64,000 nucleotides of DNA from an uncultured virus (IMG/VR IMGVR_UViG_3300037601_000035) (IMGVR_UViG_3300037601_000035); one strand, 5' to 3'; shown: positions 48,380 through 57,717, counted from the first letter of the stretch. The notes: generated from the sequence alone by a model not told the origin. Numbers and translations: made by a program.

Positions 48380-48778
48380 ATGGATTTCATATCAATACTA
48401 ATATCAACATTTATAATTTTTATATTAGGAACGGGCAGCGCTTTAACTTATATTTTTGGCGGTTATGCTGGAACTTTACTGGTAGATAAGAAATATAAAA
48501 AATCAATTATAATTACAAGTGCTATGATTTGTTCAGTTATTATTTTAAATAGTTTTTATAGTTTATCTGAATTGCCATTAGATTATTTTTATATTTGGAG
48601 AGTATGTTTTTTAGCAATATCTTCATTTTATATAATGTCTACAGATAAAATTACACCTCATGTAAAGAAATTTATTCCAGAAGAAAATGCAGGAAAAAGA
48701 ATTAAAATTTCTGTCAATGTAGCATTAGTACTAAATATTATTTTTTATATCACATATTTAATATCACAAGGAGCATAA
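48380..48778 (+). CDS. Four-TM membrane protein
   Basis: Four hydrophobic segments. Confidence 0.65.
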   Translation: MDFISILISTFIIFILGTGSALTYIFGGYAGTLLVDKKYKKSIIITSAMICSVIILNSFYSLSELPLDYFYIWRVCFLAISSFYIMSTDKITPHVKKFIPEENAGKRIKISVNVALVLNIIFYITYLISQGA

Positions 48779-48779
48779 A

Positions 48780-49901
48780 TTGGACATCACATATATTTAT
48801 GATAATGACATAGTAAATATTTCTAAAATAGACCCTACAAACGCGTCTAAAAAATTAAAACCGCTTATTTATACTATAATAGAAACTCAAGCAGGGTTTT
48901 GTTTAAAAATAGTAAATCAAAAATTTAAACTTCCTGAAAAATTCTATGGTCCAATACAGGACAGAGAAAATAGAATATGTAAATCTTATGAATCTAGAGA
49001 TTCTTCTTTGGGCATATTATTAACAGGATTAAAAGGAACTGGTAAATCTCTTTTAGCTAAGAAAATTTCAAATGTTTTTTTAGAAGAAAAAAATCTTCCT
49101 GTTATTTTAATAACTCAAGCCTTTTCTGGAGATAGTTTTTTTAATGTCATAAATTCATTAGGAGAATGTGTTTTAGTATTTGATGAATTTGCCAAAGTAT
49201 ATGGAAGACATGAAAATCAAGCAAGTTTGCTTTCATTATTTGATGGAGTAAATAGTGACTATAAAAGATTAATAATTTTAACAGAAAATAATGCTTATGA
49301 TGTTTGTAGGTATTTTAAAAATAGACCGGGCAGAATTCTTTATCACTATAAATATTCTAATTTAGATGTAGATACAGTTAAAGAATATTGTATAGATCAT
49401 GGAGTTCCTGAAAATCTTGCTAATGAATTAGCTTCTATGTCTAGTAGTATAGTAGACTTTAATTTTGATATTCTACAAGCATTGGTAGATGATTACAAAA
49501 TTCACAGAGAACCAAAGTTTTATAATTCATTTAAACATTTAAATGTTGAATTTATAGATAGAGGATATACTAAATTCAAAGTATCTAAATTATATTTAAA
49601 TGATAAAGAAGTTAAATTTAAACAAAAAAGACTTTTTGAAGATTTCATTGGAAATGGATGGAACACGAAGCTTCGTAAAGGATATTTAGAATTTGAAGAT
49701 GAAAAAATAGAAAAGATTTTATTCGGAGAAGAGTTAAACAGAGGATTTTCTTTAGATTCAGAAAACATTATTGAAAGACGGGAAGATAAATATGTACTAG
49801 AACGTAAATTAGAAAAAGATACTTTGATATTTATTTTAGAAGAAGATCCCGATTCAAAAGATAATTATATGCGTAAACCCTATTTAATAGAAGGTGTTTA
49901 A
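48780..49901 (+). CDS. AAA+ ATPase
   Basis: GLKGTGKS, VFDEFAK, LLSLFDG, NRPGRI. Confidence 0.88.
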   Translation: MDITYIYDNDIVNISKIDPTNASKKLKPLIYTIIETQAGFCLKIVNQKFKLPEKFYGPIQDRENRICKSYESRDSSLGILLTGLKGTGKSLLAKKISNVFLEEKNLPVILITQAFSGDSFFNVINSLGECVLVFDEFAKVYGRHENQASLLSLFDGVNSDYKRLIILTENNAYDVCRYFKNRPGRILYHYKYSNLDVDTVKEYCIDHGVPENLANELASMSSSIVDFNFDILQALVDDYKIHREPKFYNSFKHLNVEFIDRGYTKFKVSKLYLNDKEVKFKQKRLFEDFIGNGWNTKLRKGYLEFEDEKIEKILFGEELNRGFSLDSENIIERREDKYVLERKLEKDTLIFILEEDPDSKDNYMRKPYLIEGV

Positions 49902-50472
49902 AATGGAAGTAAGAAATTTATTTAGAAAAATAAAATATCCTATAGAATTATACGATAAAAATGGAAATCTAATATACCATGAAAATAGTTCAGGTTTCTG
50001 GACAAAGAGAGAATATGATAAAAATGGCAATCAAATTTATATGATAAATTCTATGGGACTTTGGGCAAAAAACGAATTTGACGACCAAGGAAATCAAATA
50101 TATTGGGAAAATAAATATAAAGTTTTTCAAGATGATAGAATAAACAAAGGAGTAAAAATGAGTACTGAACTAAAACAAAAATTACAAGAAAAAGTAGCTA
50201 GAAATGAACCTATACGTAAAGATCGTATAGAATTGGACATATATCACTTTATGTCTAAAGCTGCTGAAGAAGGAGCAATTTCTACTGTTATAGAAGGAGT
50301 AGAAGTTTCTACTCAAAAATATAATCAATCTCAATTTCAAATAGTGAAAGAATATTTAGATGAAAATGAAATCTATTATCGCGTTCTAAATACTTATAAA
50401 AACACAAATGGTAATGATACAAAGGATATTTTTATACAATGGGGAGAAAAAGAAGTAACCGATGAAAACTAG
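49894..50472 (+). CDS. YDxNGN-repeat protein with in-frame internal start at 50158
   Basis: Three YDKNGN.IY-type repeats; AAGGAG before MSTELK. Confidence 0.6.
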   Translation: MFKMEVRNLFRKIKYPIELYDKNGNLIYHENSSGFWTKREYDKNGNQIYMINSMGLWAKNEFDDQGNQIYWENKYKVFQDDRINKGVKMSTELKQKLQEKVARNEPIRKDRIELDIYHFMSKAAEEGAISTVIEGVEVSTQKYNQSQFQIVKEYLDENEIYYRVLNTYKNTNGNDTKDIFIQWGEKEVTDEN

Positions 50473-51535
50473 ATACATCCACGATAACGATAAAATATCT
50501 GTTATTAACTTTGCAGATAATTCGATTAAAGAAAAAATTTCACCTGGAGTTTATTCGGTAGAACATAGTCTTTCTTTAGGATATTTTTTAAAAATAAATA
50601 AACCTAAATTTGAGCTTCCTGAAAAAATATACGGAGATGTAGATAAAAGAATTTCTAGAATTATGAAAACTTATGAATCAAAAGATACTTCTTTAGGTGT
50701 TCTTTTGACAGGACTTAAAGGTTCTGGTAAAACTTTGTTAATTAAGAAATTAGCAAACACTTTTATAGAAGAAAAAGAACTCCCTATAGTTCTTATAAAT
50801 TCAAACTATACAGATGAACAATTTTTAAATTTTCTAAATTCGTTAAAAGAATGTGTTCTAGTATTCGATGAATTTGCAAAAAATTATCCTGATTTATATT
50901 ATGATGAAGAAGGTGGACAGAGTAAACTACTTTCATTATTTGATGGTGTAAATAGTTTTAAAAGATTAATTCTTCTTTCTGAAAACAAACTTCATAAAAT
51001 AAATGAATTTTACTTAAATAGACCAGGAAGAATTTATTATCATTTTACTTATGAAGAACTTTCAACTGATGTTATTAGAGATTATTGTGAAGATTTAAAT
51101 GTTCCAGAATCAATGATTCAAAAAATTATTCAAGTTTCTCCGTTAATTGAAATGAATTTTGATATTTTACAAACTATTGTAGAAGATTATTTAATTCATA
51201 AAGAAGAAAATATACATGAAATGTTAAAGATTCTAAATATTAGATATAGAAATTCTTTAATCAATTTTGAGTTGGCAAAAGTTTTAATCAATGATAAAGA
51301 AATAGAATATAAACTAAAACAAAAAAGCATTCCAGATTTTATAACAGAGGATGATTCTATTTGGGTATCTTCTCTAATAGAATGTGAAGAAGATATATCC
51401 AATCGCGATGGAAGATTTGATAAAAAACATATCATAGAACGAAAAGGCGATATTCTTATTTTAAGAAACGCAGAGATAACAATTCATTTAAAAAGAATAG
51501 TTCCTAATTTTATGAACTATAACACAATTTTATAA
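50462..51535 (+). CDS. AAA+ ATPase, paralog of 48780
   Basis: GLKGSGKT, VFDEFAK, LLSLFDG, NRPGRI. Confidence 0.88.
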   Translation: MKTRYIHDNDKISVINFADNSIKEKISPGVYSVEHSLSLGYFLKINKPKFELPEKIYGDVDKRISRIMKTYESKDTSLGVLLTGLKGSGKTLLIKKLANTFIEEKELPIVLINSNYTDEQFLNFLNSLKECVLVFDEFAKNYPDLYYDEEGGQSKLLSLFDGVNSFKRLILLSENKLHKINEFYLNRPGRIYYHFTYEELSTDVIRDYCEDLNVPESMIQKIIQVSPLIEMNFDILQTIVEDYLIHKEENIHEMLKILNIRYRNSLINFELAKVLINDKEIEYKLKQKSIPDFITEDDSIWVSSLIECEEDISNRDGRFDKKHIIERKGDILILRNAEITIHLKRIVPNFMNYNTIL

Positions 51536-51552
51536 AAAGAGGAGAATAAAAA

Positions 51553-52959
51553 ATGAGCGCAGATGTTGGAATAATTGTTGGAAGATTTCAGGTTCCTTAT
51601 TTACATGAAGGACATAAAAATACTATTCAAACAGTATTAGATAATCATAAACAAATTGCAATATTTTTAGGGGTAGGACATACGAGAGGACTTCCTAAAA
51701 ATCCTTATGACTACAACACTAGAAGAAATATGATGCAATCTACTTTTCCAGAAGTAGGACTTTCTATTCATTCTATAGGAGATAAAAGAAGTGATAAAGA
51801 ATGGTCTATTGAATTGGATAAAAGAATTTCAGAAATCTTTCCTGGAAGGTCAATAGTTCTTTATGGATCAAGAGATTCATTTATAAGTAGGTATCACGGA
51901 GTTCATGAAACTTTAGAACTTGAAACAGATGTATTTGTATCCGGAACAGAAATTAGAGAAGAACATAAAAATAGTTTACTTGCTGAAGAAGCATTTAGAA
52001 TTGGTATTAACTATTCAGTAAATGATAGATATTTTAATCCTATTCCAACTGTAGATATAGCAGTAATTAAAAGACAAGAAGAAAAAGTATTACTTGCTAG
52101 AAAGGACGGAGAAACTAAATATAGATTTATTGGAGGTTTCGTAGATACTACAGATGAAAGTTTAGAAAGAGCAGCAATAAGAGAATTAAAGGAAGAAGCA
52201 GGAAATGATATTGAAGTAAGTCAAGATATAAAATATGTTACTTCTAGATTAGTAGATGATTGGAGATACAGTGGTGAAGCTGTAAAGCCTTTAACTACTT
52301 TATATGCTGTAGAATATATGTGGGGAACCCCGAGACCTAGTGATGATATAGTTGAATTGAAATGGTTTGATTTAAATTCTTTAAGTTCTGATGATCTAAT
52401 GGATGAACATTTTATTTTAGCAGAAAGACTAAAAGAAAAACTGCATGATATTGATCTTTATAAAATTAAACAATACGAACCTACTTTAGATTTTGAAGAT
52501 GAAGATTTTACTCCAAAGAAAAGCATAGCAGAACGTTATGGCAAAAAGGAACCTACATGGAAAGAAAAATTAGATTTAAAAAATAATTCAAAAGAAATAG
52601 TAAAAGAAAATCTAAAAGATATTTTAAAAATAGCAGGAACTTATAAAAAAGCTGCTCAAATATCAGGACTTACTAGAGATCAAATACTATATAGAGCTAG
52701 AAAGTTAAAGGTAGGTGGTAAAAAAGGAAGACCTTCTTCAAAAAAGGATTCTACAAATGGAAGACTTTCAAACAGTCAACTTAATTGGAATATCAAACTG
52801 AGTACGAAGTTAAATAATCATTCTGAAATGGCTAGTAATTTAAGAGAGCTTTCTGACAAAGCAGATGGAAAAATTGCTAAAATGGCTAAAATATCAGGGA
52901 TGAGCTATGGACAAATCAATTATAGACTAAATAAATATGTTTATAATAATTTTATTTAA
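51553..52959 (+). CDS. nadM: Bifunctional NMN adenylyltransferase/ADP-ribose pyrophosphatase with C-terminal tandem Fis-type HTHs
   Basis: GRFQ..LHEGH, SGTEIR, Nudix box GGFVD..ESLERAAIRELKEEAG; two A.ISG....I.YR..K HTH-like segments. Confidence 0.9.
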   Translation: MSADVGIIVGRFQVPYLHEGHKNTIQTVLDNHKQIAIFLGVGHTRGLPKNPYDYNTRRNMMQSTFPEVGLSIHSIGDKRSDKEWSIELDKRISEIFPGRSIVLYGSRDSFISRYHGVHETLELETDVFVSGTEIREEHKNSLLAEEAFRIGINYSVNDRYFNPIPTVDIAVIKRQEEKVLLARKDGETKYRFIGGFVDTTDESLERAAIRELKEEAGNDIEVSQDIKYVTSRLVDDWRYSGEAVKPLTTLYAVEYMWGTPRPSDDIVELKWFDLNSLSSDDLMDEHFILAERLKEKLHDIDLYKIKQYEPTLDFEDEDFTPKKSIAERYGKKEPTWKEKLDLKNNSKEIVKENLKDILKIAGTYKKAAQISGLTRDQILYRARKLKVGGKKGRPSSKKDSTNGRLSNSQLNWNIKLSTKLNNHSEMASNLRELSDKADGKIAKMAKISGMSYGQINYRLNKYVYNNFI

Positions 52960-52970
52960 AGGTACATATC

Positions 52971-53165
52971 ATGTCACAAAAACATAATTTTAAAATAGGT
53001 GATATAGTGGTATTAAATTCAGGAGGACCTGATATGAAAATAATTGGAATACTTGAAGAAGATTTAGTATATCGCTCTATTGAATGTATGTGGAAAGATA
53101 ATAGAGAAATTTCTAAATTTCACAATTTTCATCCAGCAACAATACATTTAAAAGAGGAGAAATAA
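52971..53165 (+). CDS. DUF2158/YodC-like small protein
   Basis: FKIGDIVVLNSGGPDMKI..C.W. Confidence 0.75.
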   Translation: MSQKHNFKIGDIVVLNSGGPDMKIIGILEEDLVYRSIECMWKDNREISKFHNFHPATIHLKEEK

Positions 53166-53167
53166 AA

Positions 53168-53359
53168 ATGAAAAAATATTTAATTTTAATCGCTTTATTA
53201 TTTTTAATAAGCTGTAATGATAATCAAAATTCTAAAGAAGATTCTACAAAAGAACCTCAACAAGAATTACAATTTGATGAAAGAGATACTTTAGAAGCAA
53301 CTAGTCCTGAAGGAGAACTTCCTGAAGGAGAATATGAACACAATGGGCCTATTGCCTAG
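53168..53359 (+). CDS. Small lipoprotein
   Basis: MKKYLILIALLFLIS-C lipobox. Confidence 0.7.
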   Translation: MKKYLILIALLFLISCNDNQNSKEDSTKEPQQELQFDERDTLEATSPEGELPEGEYEHNGPIA

Positions 53360-53371
53360 GAGAAATAAAAA

Positions 53372-54865
53372 ATGAAGTTTGAATTATTATATGGATCGGA
53401 CTCTTATAAAGTCGGTCATCACCAACAATACCCAGAAGACGTAACTAAAATATACTCTTATTTTGAAGCAAGAGGATTTAAAGAACCTTTTATAACTGAA
53501 CCGTCTGTAGTAGTATATGGATTGGACTATCTTTTAGAAAATCTAGAAGGAATTCAATTTACTAAAGAAGGTATTGAAGAAGCAAAAGAATTCTATAAGA
53601 ATCATTTTGGTTATGAAGTATTTAATGAAGAAGGATTTAACTATCTTTTAGAAAAACATAACGGAACTTTACCTTTAAAAATTAAAGCAGTTCCGGAAGG
53701 ATCTGTAGTTCCAATTGGAAATGTTTTAATGACAGTAGAAAACACCGACTCTGATATGCCAGGAGAAACAGCTAAATGGTTAACTAATTACGTAGAAACT
53801 TATTTGACACATCTTTGGTATACTACTTCAGTAGCTACACTTTCAAGAGAAATTAAAGCACTAATTTCAGCTTTTGCTTTCTTAACTCTTTCTGCAGAAG
53901 AAATGGAAGCATATCTTCCTTTTGCATTACATGATTTTGGAATGAGAGGATCTGTTGGACACGAATCTGCATATCTTGCAGGAGCTGCTCATCTTATAAA
54001 CTTCTTAGGAACTGATACAACATCAGCTATGAGATTTATAGAAAAATTTCATGGAAAGGAAGAGCAAATTCCTGGTTATTCAGTAATGGCTTCGGAACAT
54101 TCTGTAATGACAATTAATGGAAAAGAAGGAGAAAAAGATCAATTCAAAAAATTAATTGACCTTTGTCCTGAAGAGAAAATAGTTTCTATAGTATCAGATT
54201 CTTATAACATTTATAATGTTGTAGAAAATTGGGTTTGTGGAGAATTTAAAGATGAAATTCTTTCAGGAACTAAAAAGATAGTTATTCGACCGGATTCAGG
54301 AGATCCTAAAAAAGTACTTACTAGAATACTAAATATCCTAGAAGACAATTTAGAAATATCTATAAATGAAAGAGGATATAAAGTCCTTCCACCTCAAATA
54401 GGTTTAATCTGGGGAGACGGTATTGGATTAGAAGATATTCGAAATATTTTATCTATGATGACTACTTCTAATTGGGCAACTTCAAATATAGTATTTGGTA
54501 TGGGTGGAGGACTTCATCAAAAAGTAAATAGAGATTCTTTAAAGTTTGCTTTTAAAGCATGTTATGCAGAAAAAAGAGATGGAACAACAATTGATATTTA
54601 CAAAGATCCTATTACTGATCAAGGAAAGTCTTCTAAGAAAGGAAAACTAAAACTTATAGAAGATTCTAAAACAGGAGATTTAGTAACTGTTTCTTCTTCT
54701 ACAGATCCTAAACTATATGCAATGTCCGAAGAACTAGGAGATGATCAACTAAAAATTGCTTTCTTAAATGGAAAAATAGTTAGACAAAAATCTAAATTTT
54801 CTGAAATAAGAGAAAGAGCAAAGTTAACTCCACCTAAAACAACTATTATAGATATAACAAATTAA
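53372..54865 (+). CDS. nadV: Nicotinamide phosphoribosyltransferase
   Basis: DSYKVGH, LHDFGMRG, ASEHS, VSDSY, IRPDSGDP, WGDGI, FGMGGGL, KDPITD.GK.SKKG. Confidence 0.95.
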   Translation: MKFELLYGSDSYKVGHHQQYPEDVTKIYSYFEARGFKEPFITEPSVVVYGLDYLLENLEGIQFTKEGIEEAKEFYKNHFGYEVFNEEGFNYLLEKHNGTLPLKIKAVPEGSVVPIGNVLMTVENTDSDMPGETAKWLTNYVETYLTHLWYTTSVATLSREIKALISAFAFLTLSAEEMEAYLPFALHDFGMRGSVGHESAYLAGAAHLINFLGTDTTSAMRFIEKFHGKEEQIPGYSVMASEHSVMTINGKEGEKDQFKKLIDLCPEEKIVSIVSDSYNIYNVVENWVCGEFKDEILSGTKKIVIRPDSGDPKKVLTRILNILEDNLEISINERGYKVLPPQIGLIWGDGIGLEDIRNILSMMTTSNWATSNIVFGMGGGLHQKVNRDSLKFAFKACYAEKRDGTTIDIYKDPITDQGKSSKKGKLKLIEDSKTGDLVTVSSSTDPKLYAMSEELGDDQLKIAFLNGKIVRQKSKFSEIRERAKLTPPKTTIIDITN

Positions 54866-54872
54866 AGGGAAA

Positions 54873-55292
54873 ATGGAAATAAAAGGAAAAATAGGTAGAG
54901 GATCATCTGTAAGTTTAACATGTTGTACCGATATAGAAGACATTACAATTGATGATAAATCACTTTATCAGATGTTAATGGAATTATTCGATGAAGATGA
55001 ACAAGAGCATTGGGAAAATCACGTAAACGGTAAAAGACTTTTTATGAGGTATGTTGTAACAGAAGAAAAATTTGATGAAACTTATTCTTTTGAACAAGTA
55101 GTTGCCGAAACAGTAAATTCAATGTTATATTCTGAACATATTTCAGGATGCTATTCTGAATGGACATGTGGATATGGTGGATTTGATTATATTGTACAAG
55201 ACGGACGTTCTATATTTACAGAATTAGAAAGTCATATTGGAAAACATTTACATTTAAAATTAGATTTCAATGAGGAATTTGAAGATGAGTAA
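54873..55292 (+). CDS. Hypothetical protein, paralog of 37252
   Basis: YSEWTCGY..GRSIFTELESHIGKHLHL. Confidence 0.65.
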   Translation: MEIKGKIGRGSSVSLTCCTDIEDITIDDKSLYQMLMELFDEDEQEHWENHVNGKRLFMRYVVTEEKFDETYSFEQVVAETVNSMLYSEHISGCYSEWTCGYGGFDYIVQDGRSIFTELESHIGKHLHLKLDFNEEFEDE

Positions 55293-55734
55293 AATTTGGA
55301 AATTTGGAAACGAAGACGATAATATTAATGTAGTAAAGATATTAGTAGAAATTGCAAATGCTATGGAAAAAGATACAGATGGTGAATTTAAATGTTCTGT
55401 TTCATTTTTTGATTCAAATACTTATAGTGACTCGTGTAGAATTTCATATATTCTTAGTATATCTGATAAACATTCTACATATTCTTTATTAAAATTAAAT
55501 TTTAATTATTATACGTCTAAAAACAATATAGAAATACAAATTGCACCAGCTGAGTTAATTAATCCAAATAAAATTAGTTACGTATTTTGGGTTAAAACAG
55601 AAGAAGAATTGAAAAGTAAATTAATTGAATGGATCCAATGTGATGAAATAGCAAACCCTATATCAAGTATGATTCATCATCTACGCGCTATATCAAAAAG
55701 TAAAGAAGAATACGCAAAATTAAATACTAAGTAA
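55270..55734 (+). CDS. Hypothetical protein (likely start 55285)
   Basis: ORF in operon. Confidence 0.6.
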   Translation: MRNLKMSKIWKFGNEDDNINVVKILVEIANAMEKDTDGEFKCSVSFFDSNTYSDSCRISYILSISDKHSTYSLLKLNFNYYTSKNNIEIQIAPAELINPNKISYVFWVKTEEELKSKLIEWIQCDEIANPISSMIHHLRAISKSKEEYAKLNTK

Positions 55735-55746
55735 AATGGAAATACA

Positions 55747-56072
55747 ATGAAAATTTCAAAAATTAAACAAAAATTAGAACACACCATATAGAAAATTCTG
55801 TTATTAGTGATTCAGAAATAAAAGAAGGATTAAAACAATCTCTCGATTCTGAAACTATAAATGCTCTAAAAGAAGCTCTTAAAATAGTAAATAATTATGA
55901 ACTTATGAAAGACATCTCAAAAATAGAAGCAAAAATAAAAGAAACAAAACAAAAGAAAATATTTTTCGTAGATGTTCAAAATTTTGATACTGCCTCCAAA
56001 TTAAGAACTATTGAACTTGATCTAGAAAAAGAACTTACTAAAAAACGAGATTTATTAGAAAAATCAGAATAA
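55747..56072 (+). pseudogene. Frameshifted gene with UVR-like C-terminal coiled coil
   Basis: ATG frame stops at 55789; removing one CA from ACACAC joins it to an open frame ending ..QNFDTASKLRTIE.. Confidence 0.5.
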
Positions 56073-56093
56073 TAAAAAATAATTTCCTCCTCT

Positions 56094-56130
56094 GGGCCTC
56101 ATAGATTAATTCTGGAGGCCTTTTGTTTTT
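56094..56130 (+). terminator. Intrinsic terminator
   Basis: GGCCTC..AGA-loop-TCT.GAGGCC followed by TTTTGTTTTT. Confidence 0.75.
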
Positions 56131-56230
56131 AATACAGTTACATACATCATCACACATAAAATTAAACCTGATGCTCCTCTGCACTCCCTAGTGCATTTAG
56201 AATAAAACTTTAGAAATATTTAAAATTTAA

Positions 56231-56279
56231 TTTTTTTATTTAAAAAATTTTTCTTATATTACATCATATTCAATTAACA
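56231..56279 (+). promoter_or_regulatory. Putative early promoter, copy 6
   Basis: Repeat motif plus leader. Confidence 0.8.
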
Positions 56280-56298
56280 ATTATAGGAAAAGTAAAAT

Positions 56299-56697
56299 AT
56301 GGAAAAGACATTACAAGAAATGTTTGATGAACTTACCTTTAAGTTTGCACAGTATACAGAAATTACTGATCTTGCCTTTAAAGCAAATCAAGGTTATGAT
56401 GACGGAAATTACAAAAGATTTTTTCTTTGTTTAGATACTCATGATTTTTGGTTGGTTAGAATCCAAGAAGGATGGAACCAAGAATATGAAAGACAGGAAG
56501 GAATGTGGTTATTAGAAAGAGACAAAATCGAAAAAGATTTTAAAGGTGAAGATGTTACTTTTGAGAAGCTTATAGATATATTGGAAAACGATTCGTTTGA
56601 GAATTGGGACGTCTATGAAAGTGAAGATTTAGACGAATTACTTACTGATTATGTTGACGGCGGTTACGGTATTAATAACTTTAAAATAGAGGTTTAA
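56299..56697 (+). CDS. Acidic hypothetical protein
   Basis: First gene after promoter motif. Confidence 0.65.
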   Translation: MEKTLQEMFDELTFKFAQYTEITDLAFKANQGYDDGNYKRFFLCLDTHDFWLVRIQEGWNQEYERQEGMWLLERDKIEKDFKGEDVTFEKLIDILENDSFENWDVYESEDLDELLTDYVDGGYGINNFKIEV

Positions 56698-56698
56698 A

Positions 56699-57034
56699 AT
56701 GAATTTATTAGATGAAAAATTAGAATTGTATAAAAAAGAAGTAGAGACTTTAGAAAAAAAGAATTTTAATAAATTGAAAGAAGAATTTGTTGGTCGCTAT
56801 ATAGAAACATCTTTTATCGTAGGTAAAATTAAAGATATTACTACTAATGGACCATTCTTTAAAGAATCTTTGAGAGATGTTGTTTTGGTTATTTCAGGAA
56901 TTGATAGAAATGGACAACGTACATCTTTTGATTTACTAGTAAACAAAGTAGGATTTTCTCTTATATCTGAAGAAGAATTTATGACTGCTACTAAGGAAAT
57001 ATTTGAAGAAGCGATTGAAAAAGTAAAAGGATAA
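56699..57034 (+). CDS. Hypothetical protein
   Basis: GAGG RBS. Confidence 0.6.
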   Translation: MNLLDEKLELYKKEVETLEKKNFNKLKEEFVGRYIETSFIVGKIKDITTNGPFFKESLRDVVLVISGIDRNGQRTSFDLLVNKVGFSLISEEEFMTATKEIFEEAIEKVKG

Positions 57035-57050
57035 TTTAGGAGAAATAAAA

Positions 57051-57263
57051 ATGAAATTTAAGAAAATAGATTTTTTAGTAGGTATTTTTCTTCCTCCTAT
57101 TTTAATGCTTTTATGTTTTTTAATTATTACAGGATCTCTAAATGAAACTTTTAGTCTGTTAAAAAATTTTAATCATACGTTTTTATTAGTGCTTTTATGG
57201 ATAGTAGAATCCATAGTATTTACAATAGTTAGTTTTAATGTAAGAATTGGATGGAGAAAATAA
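57051..57263 (+). CDS. Two-TM protein
   Basis: AGGAG RBS; hydrophobic. Confidence 0.6.
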   Translation: MKFKKIDFLVGIFLPPILMLLCFLIITGSLNETFSLLKNFNHTFLLVLLWIVESIVFTIVSFNVRIGWRK

Positions 57264-57717
57264 AATGCTTGCAATAGTTTTAAGTATGTTAATTGGTAGT
57301 TTTGCTGTTTCTCTATTTGATGATAAAAAAAGATTTGAGGTTATAGCTGTTACTCTTATTATTCTTACTTGTATTAATGTTTTTTTATCCCTTTGTGTAA
57401 GTGCATTTAATACTGAAAAAATAAAAGTACAGGAATTTCCTTGTAAAATTTCAAATATAAAAACAGTAATTGACGAACGAGACAACCTTTCGTATGTAAT
57501 ACTGAATAAAAATGAAACATACTCTGTAGAAGAGAAAAAAATTAAATTTATTTTTGGTTCTACTAAGTATGATAAAAACACAATTGTTCAATTTAAAGAT
57601 AGAGTAAAACCTTCTATACAAAAATTAGATGATAGAGAATTGTTATATTTATTTAATTTAGATAGCTATGAATATGAAGTTCACCTAGTGGAGAAAAACA
57701 ATGGAAAAATTAAATGA
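57247..57717 (+). CDS. Membrane protein (likely start 57265)
   Basis: Two N-terminal TMs. Confidence 0.6.
   Translation: MDGENKMLAIVLSMLIGSFAVSLFDDKKRFEVIAVTLIILTCINVFLSLCVSAFNTEKIKVQEFPCKISNIKTVIDERDNLSYVILNKNETYSVEEKKIKFIFGSTKYDKNTIVQFKDRVKPSIQKLDDRELLYLFNLDSYEYEVHLVEKNNGKIK

Noticed and set aside
21803..56279. Repeated ~30-49-bp motif as CRISPR repeats
   Set aside because: Copies are kilobases apart, each precedes a gene, and there is no repeat-spacer periodicity or cas gene
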